DNA from: Deltaproteobacteria bacterium
GTDB taxonomy: Bacteria; UBA10199; SPLOWO2-01-44-7
Direction: 5' to 3'
Length of the DNA: 39,066 nucleotides
Assembly (NCBI GenBank): GCA_016203765.1
Contig: JACQMB010000091.1
Coordinates: forward strand, 1 to 39,066
Below are positions 37,295 through 39,066 of the stretch, one piece after another. Below the pieces are notes generated by a model, which worked only from the letters and a program-made list of their open reading frames with translations, was not told where the DNA came from and searched no databases. The stretch's first letter is position 1; each line of letters starts with the position of its first letter. The translations under genes were made by a program, and so were the position numbers.

Positions 37295-37709
37295 GATAGC
37301 CCTCCTTGCGAATCAAAATGCGCGTCTTGACCGGCAATTTGTGCCCAGCCAAACGGAGGGCCTCCACGGCCAATGCCTTCGGAACCCCCTCCATTTCATA
37401 CAAAATTCTCCCTTTTTGGACCGGAGCCACATACTCTTCCGGTGCCCCTTTTCCCTTTCCCATACGCACCTCCAGCGGTTTTTTGGTGACCGGTTTGTCG
37501 GGAAAAATCCGCGTAAACAATTTTCCTCCCCGCTTCACATGCCTCGAAATGGCCATGCGGGCCGCCTCAATTTGACGGGAGGTGATCCGGCCGTGTTCCA
37601 GGGTCTGCAAGCCGTAATCGCCGAAGGCCAAATTGATGCCGCGGCAGGCCGTCCCGCGCACCCGCCCCTTTTGCTGCTTTCTGAATTTTGATTTGGCCGG
37701 TTGTAACAT
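37284..37709 (-). CDS. rplP: 50S ribosomal protein L16
   Basis: [29 protein letters not shown]. Confidence 0.97.
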   Translation of the reverse strand: MLQPAKSKFRKQQKGRVRGTACRGINLAFGDYGLQTLEHGRITSRQIEAARMAISRHVKRGGKLFTRIFPDKPVTKKPLEVRMGKGKGAPEEYVAPVQKGRILYEMEGVPKALAVEALRLAGHKLPVKTRILIRKEGYLEA

Positions 37710-37712
37710 AAA

Positions 37713-38345
37713 TTAACTCGGCAACACCTCTCCTTTATAAATCCAAACCTTTACCCCGATGACCCCATATGTGGTCTTGGCCTCCCCCAGGCCGTATTGC
37801 ACATCGGCCCGAAGGGTGTGGAGGGGAACCCGCCCCTCCCGGTACCACTCCTTGCGCGCTAATTCGGCGCCGCCCAGGCGTCCTTTGCATTGGATGCGAA
37901 CACCCAAGGCCCCGAATTTCAGGGCCGATTGAACCGCCTTTTTCATGGCTCGCCGGAAGGCGATGCGCCGTTCCAACTGCATGGCCACATTCTCGGCCAC
38001 CAGCTGGGCATCCAATTCGGCGCGGCGCACCTCCCGAATATTGATGTTGATCTCGTCGGCCGTCCGCCGGCCCACGTCTTTTCTAAGGGCCTCGATGCCG
38101 GCCCCCTTTTTGCCGATCACCAAACCGGGGCGGGAGGTATGAATATTGACCGTGACCGAATCGGAGGCCCGCTCAATTTCAATGCAAGCAATCCCGGCAT
38201 GGTAGAGTTTTTCCTTCAAGATGTCCCGGATCGCTTTATCCTCATGCAGATAACGAACATAATTGCTCCGCGGGGCAAACCATTTCGAGTCCCACGTTTG
38301 GCTCACCTTTAATCGAAACCCTCTTGGATGCGTTTTTTGTCCCAT
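37713..38345 (-). CDS. rpsC: 30S ribosomal protein S3
   Basis: [32 protein letters not shown]. Confidence 0.98.
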   Translation of the reverse strand: MGQKTHPRGFRLKVSQTWDSKWFAPRSNYVRYLHEDKAIRDILKEKLYHAGIACIEIERASDSVTVNIHTSRPGLVIGKKGAGIEALRKDVGRRTADEININIREVRRAELDAQLVAENVAMQLERRIAFRRAMKKAVQSALKFGALGVRIQCKGRLGGAELARKEWYREGRVPLHTLRADVQYGLGEAKTTYGVIGVKVWIYKGEVLPS

Positions 38346-38357
38346 AAAACTTTGTCG

Positions 38358-38690
38358 TTATTTCTCCCCCAATATAATCGTAATATGACTCGTCCTCTTC
38401 TTCACCGGTGTGGCCATGCCGCGGGCTCGAGGCATCCATCGCTTCATGGTCGGGCCGGGACCGATTCGCAGCTCGCGCACGCGGAGGTTGTCGATATCCA
38501 CCCCTTTTTCCTGGCCGGCATTCACCAGCGCCGACTTGAGGAGTTTATATAAAGGTTTGGAAGCTCCCCGCCTTGAAAATTGCAAATAGTCCATGGCACG
38601 GTCGACCGGCAATCCCCGAATCGCATCCGCGACCTTTTGTACCTTGCGGGGGGCCATGCGCAAATAACGGTGGGTGGCCTGTCGACTCAT
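38358..38690 (-). CDS. rplV: 50S ribosomal protein L22
   Basis: MSRQATHRYLRMAPRK, KRWMPRARG, KRTSHITI; start moved to ATG 38690. Confidence 0.96.
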   Translation of the reverse strand: MSRQATHRYLRMAPRKVQKVADAIRGLPVDRAMDYLQFSRRGASKPLYKLLKSALVNAGQEKGVDIDNLRVRELRIGPGPTMKRWMPRARGMATPVKKRTSHITIILGEK

Positions 38691-38691
38691 C

Positions 38692-39066
38692 TTATTTTGC
38701 CCCCCCCTCTTTTTTTGCAGGTTTGGCCGCCGGTTTTGCCGCCGCCGCCGGGGCGGCTCCGGGCGCCGCCTTTGGAGCCGCCGTTGGCGCGGCTCCCGGG
38801 GCCGCTTGCGGGGCCTTGCCGGGCGCTTCCTCCTCCTTCTTGCGCATACCGCCGTGAACCCTAAAGGTGCGGGTGGGGGCAAACTCACCCAACTTATGCC
38901 CGACCATCCCTTCCGTAACATAGGTCGGCACGAATTTCCGTCCGTTATGGACGGCGAAGGTAAAACCGACCATCTCCGGCACGATGGTTGAACGGCGCGA
39001 CCAGGTCTTGATGACCGGCTTGTCTTTCTTTTCCGCCGAAATCATGACCTTCTTCATCAGGTGTTC
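38692..39066 (-). CDS. rpsS: 30S ribosomal protein S19 (5' end outside the window) with Ala/Pro/Lys tail
   Basis: [33 protein letters not shown]. Confidence 0.96.
   Translation of the reverse strand, partial: EHLMKKVMISAEKKDKPVIKTWSRRSTIVPEMVGFTFAVHNGRKFVPTYVTEGMVGHKLGEFAPTRTFRVHGGMRKKEEEAPGKAPQAAPGAAPTAAPKAAPGAAPAAAAKPAAKPAKKEGGAK

Noticed and set aside
30968-38921. Extended N-termini in the ORF track for adk (31855), rplX (36364) and rplV (38921); likewise coxA, SCO, DUF433, DUF2283 and infA elsewhere
   Set aside because: They overlap upstream genes or repeats; family homology starts at the downstream codons I used

Overview
A GC-rich bacterial chromosomal window; the gene content suggests a Deltaproteobacteria/Myxococcota/Bdellovibrionota-like organism (inference only). 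1-11215 (-): an alternative complex III operon (actA-F) followed by SCO and a type A2 caa3 oxidase (coxB-A-C). 11266-16059 (-): an accessory island. It holds a 1158-aa protein (degenerate SF2 helicase, two HTH-like segments, about four 113-aa repeats with a hypervariable patch) and two small toxin-antitoxin-type gene pairs, each followed by a diverged copy of that protein's 3' end. 16159-21085 (+): a coupled Ser/Thr kinase, FHA-GGDEF, PBP1A operon. 21276-26745: housekeeping genes and tRNA-Ala(GGC). 26742-39066 (-): the S10-spc-alpha ribosomal cluster, lacking rpmD and with an altered L5 N-terminus. Across the window, 7-bp (GGACYAN/GGACCGT family) and 8-bp tandem arrays sit at gene junctions and in frame inside conserved genes. 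One inverted pair brackets an AT-rich segment of actB. A 289-bp palindromic element with a 13-bp flanking duplication sits at the end of coxA. All calls are by eye from motifs and gene order; no database searches were run.
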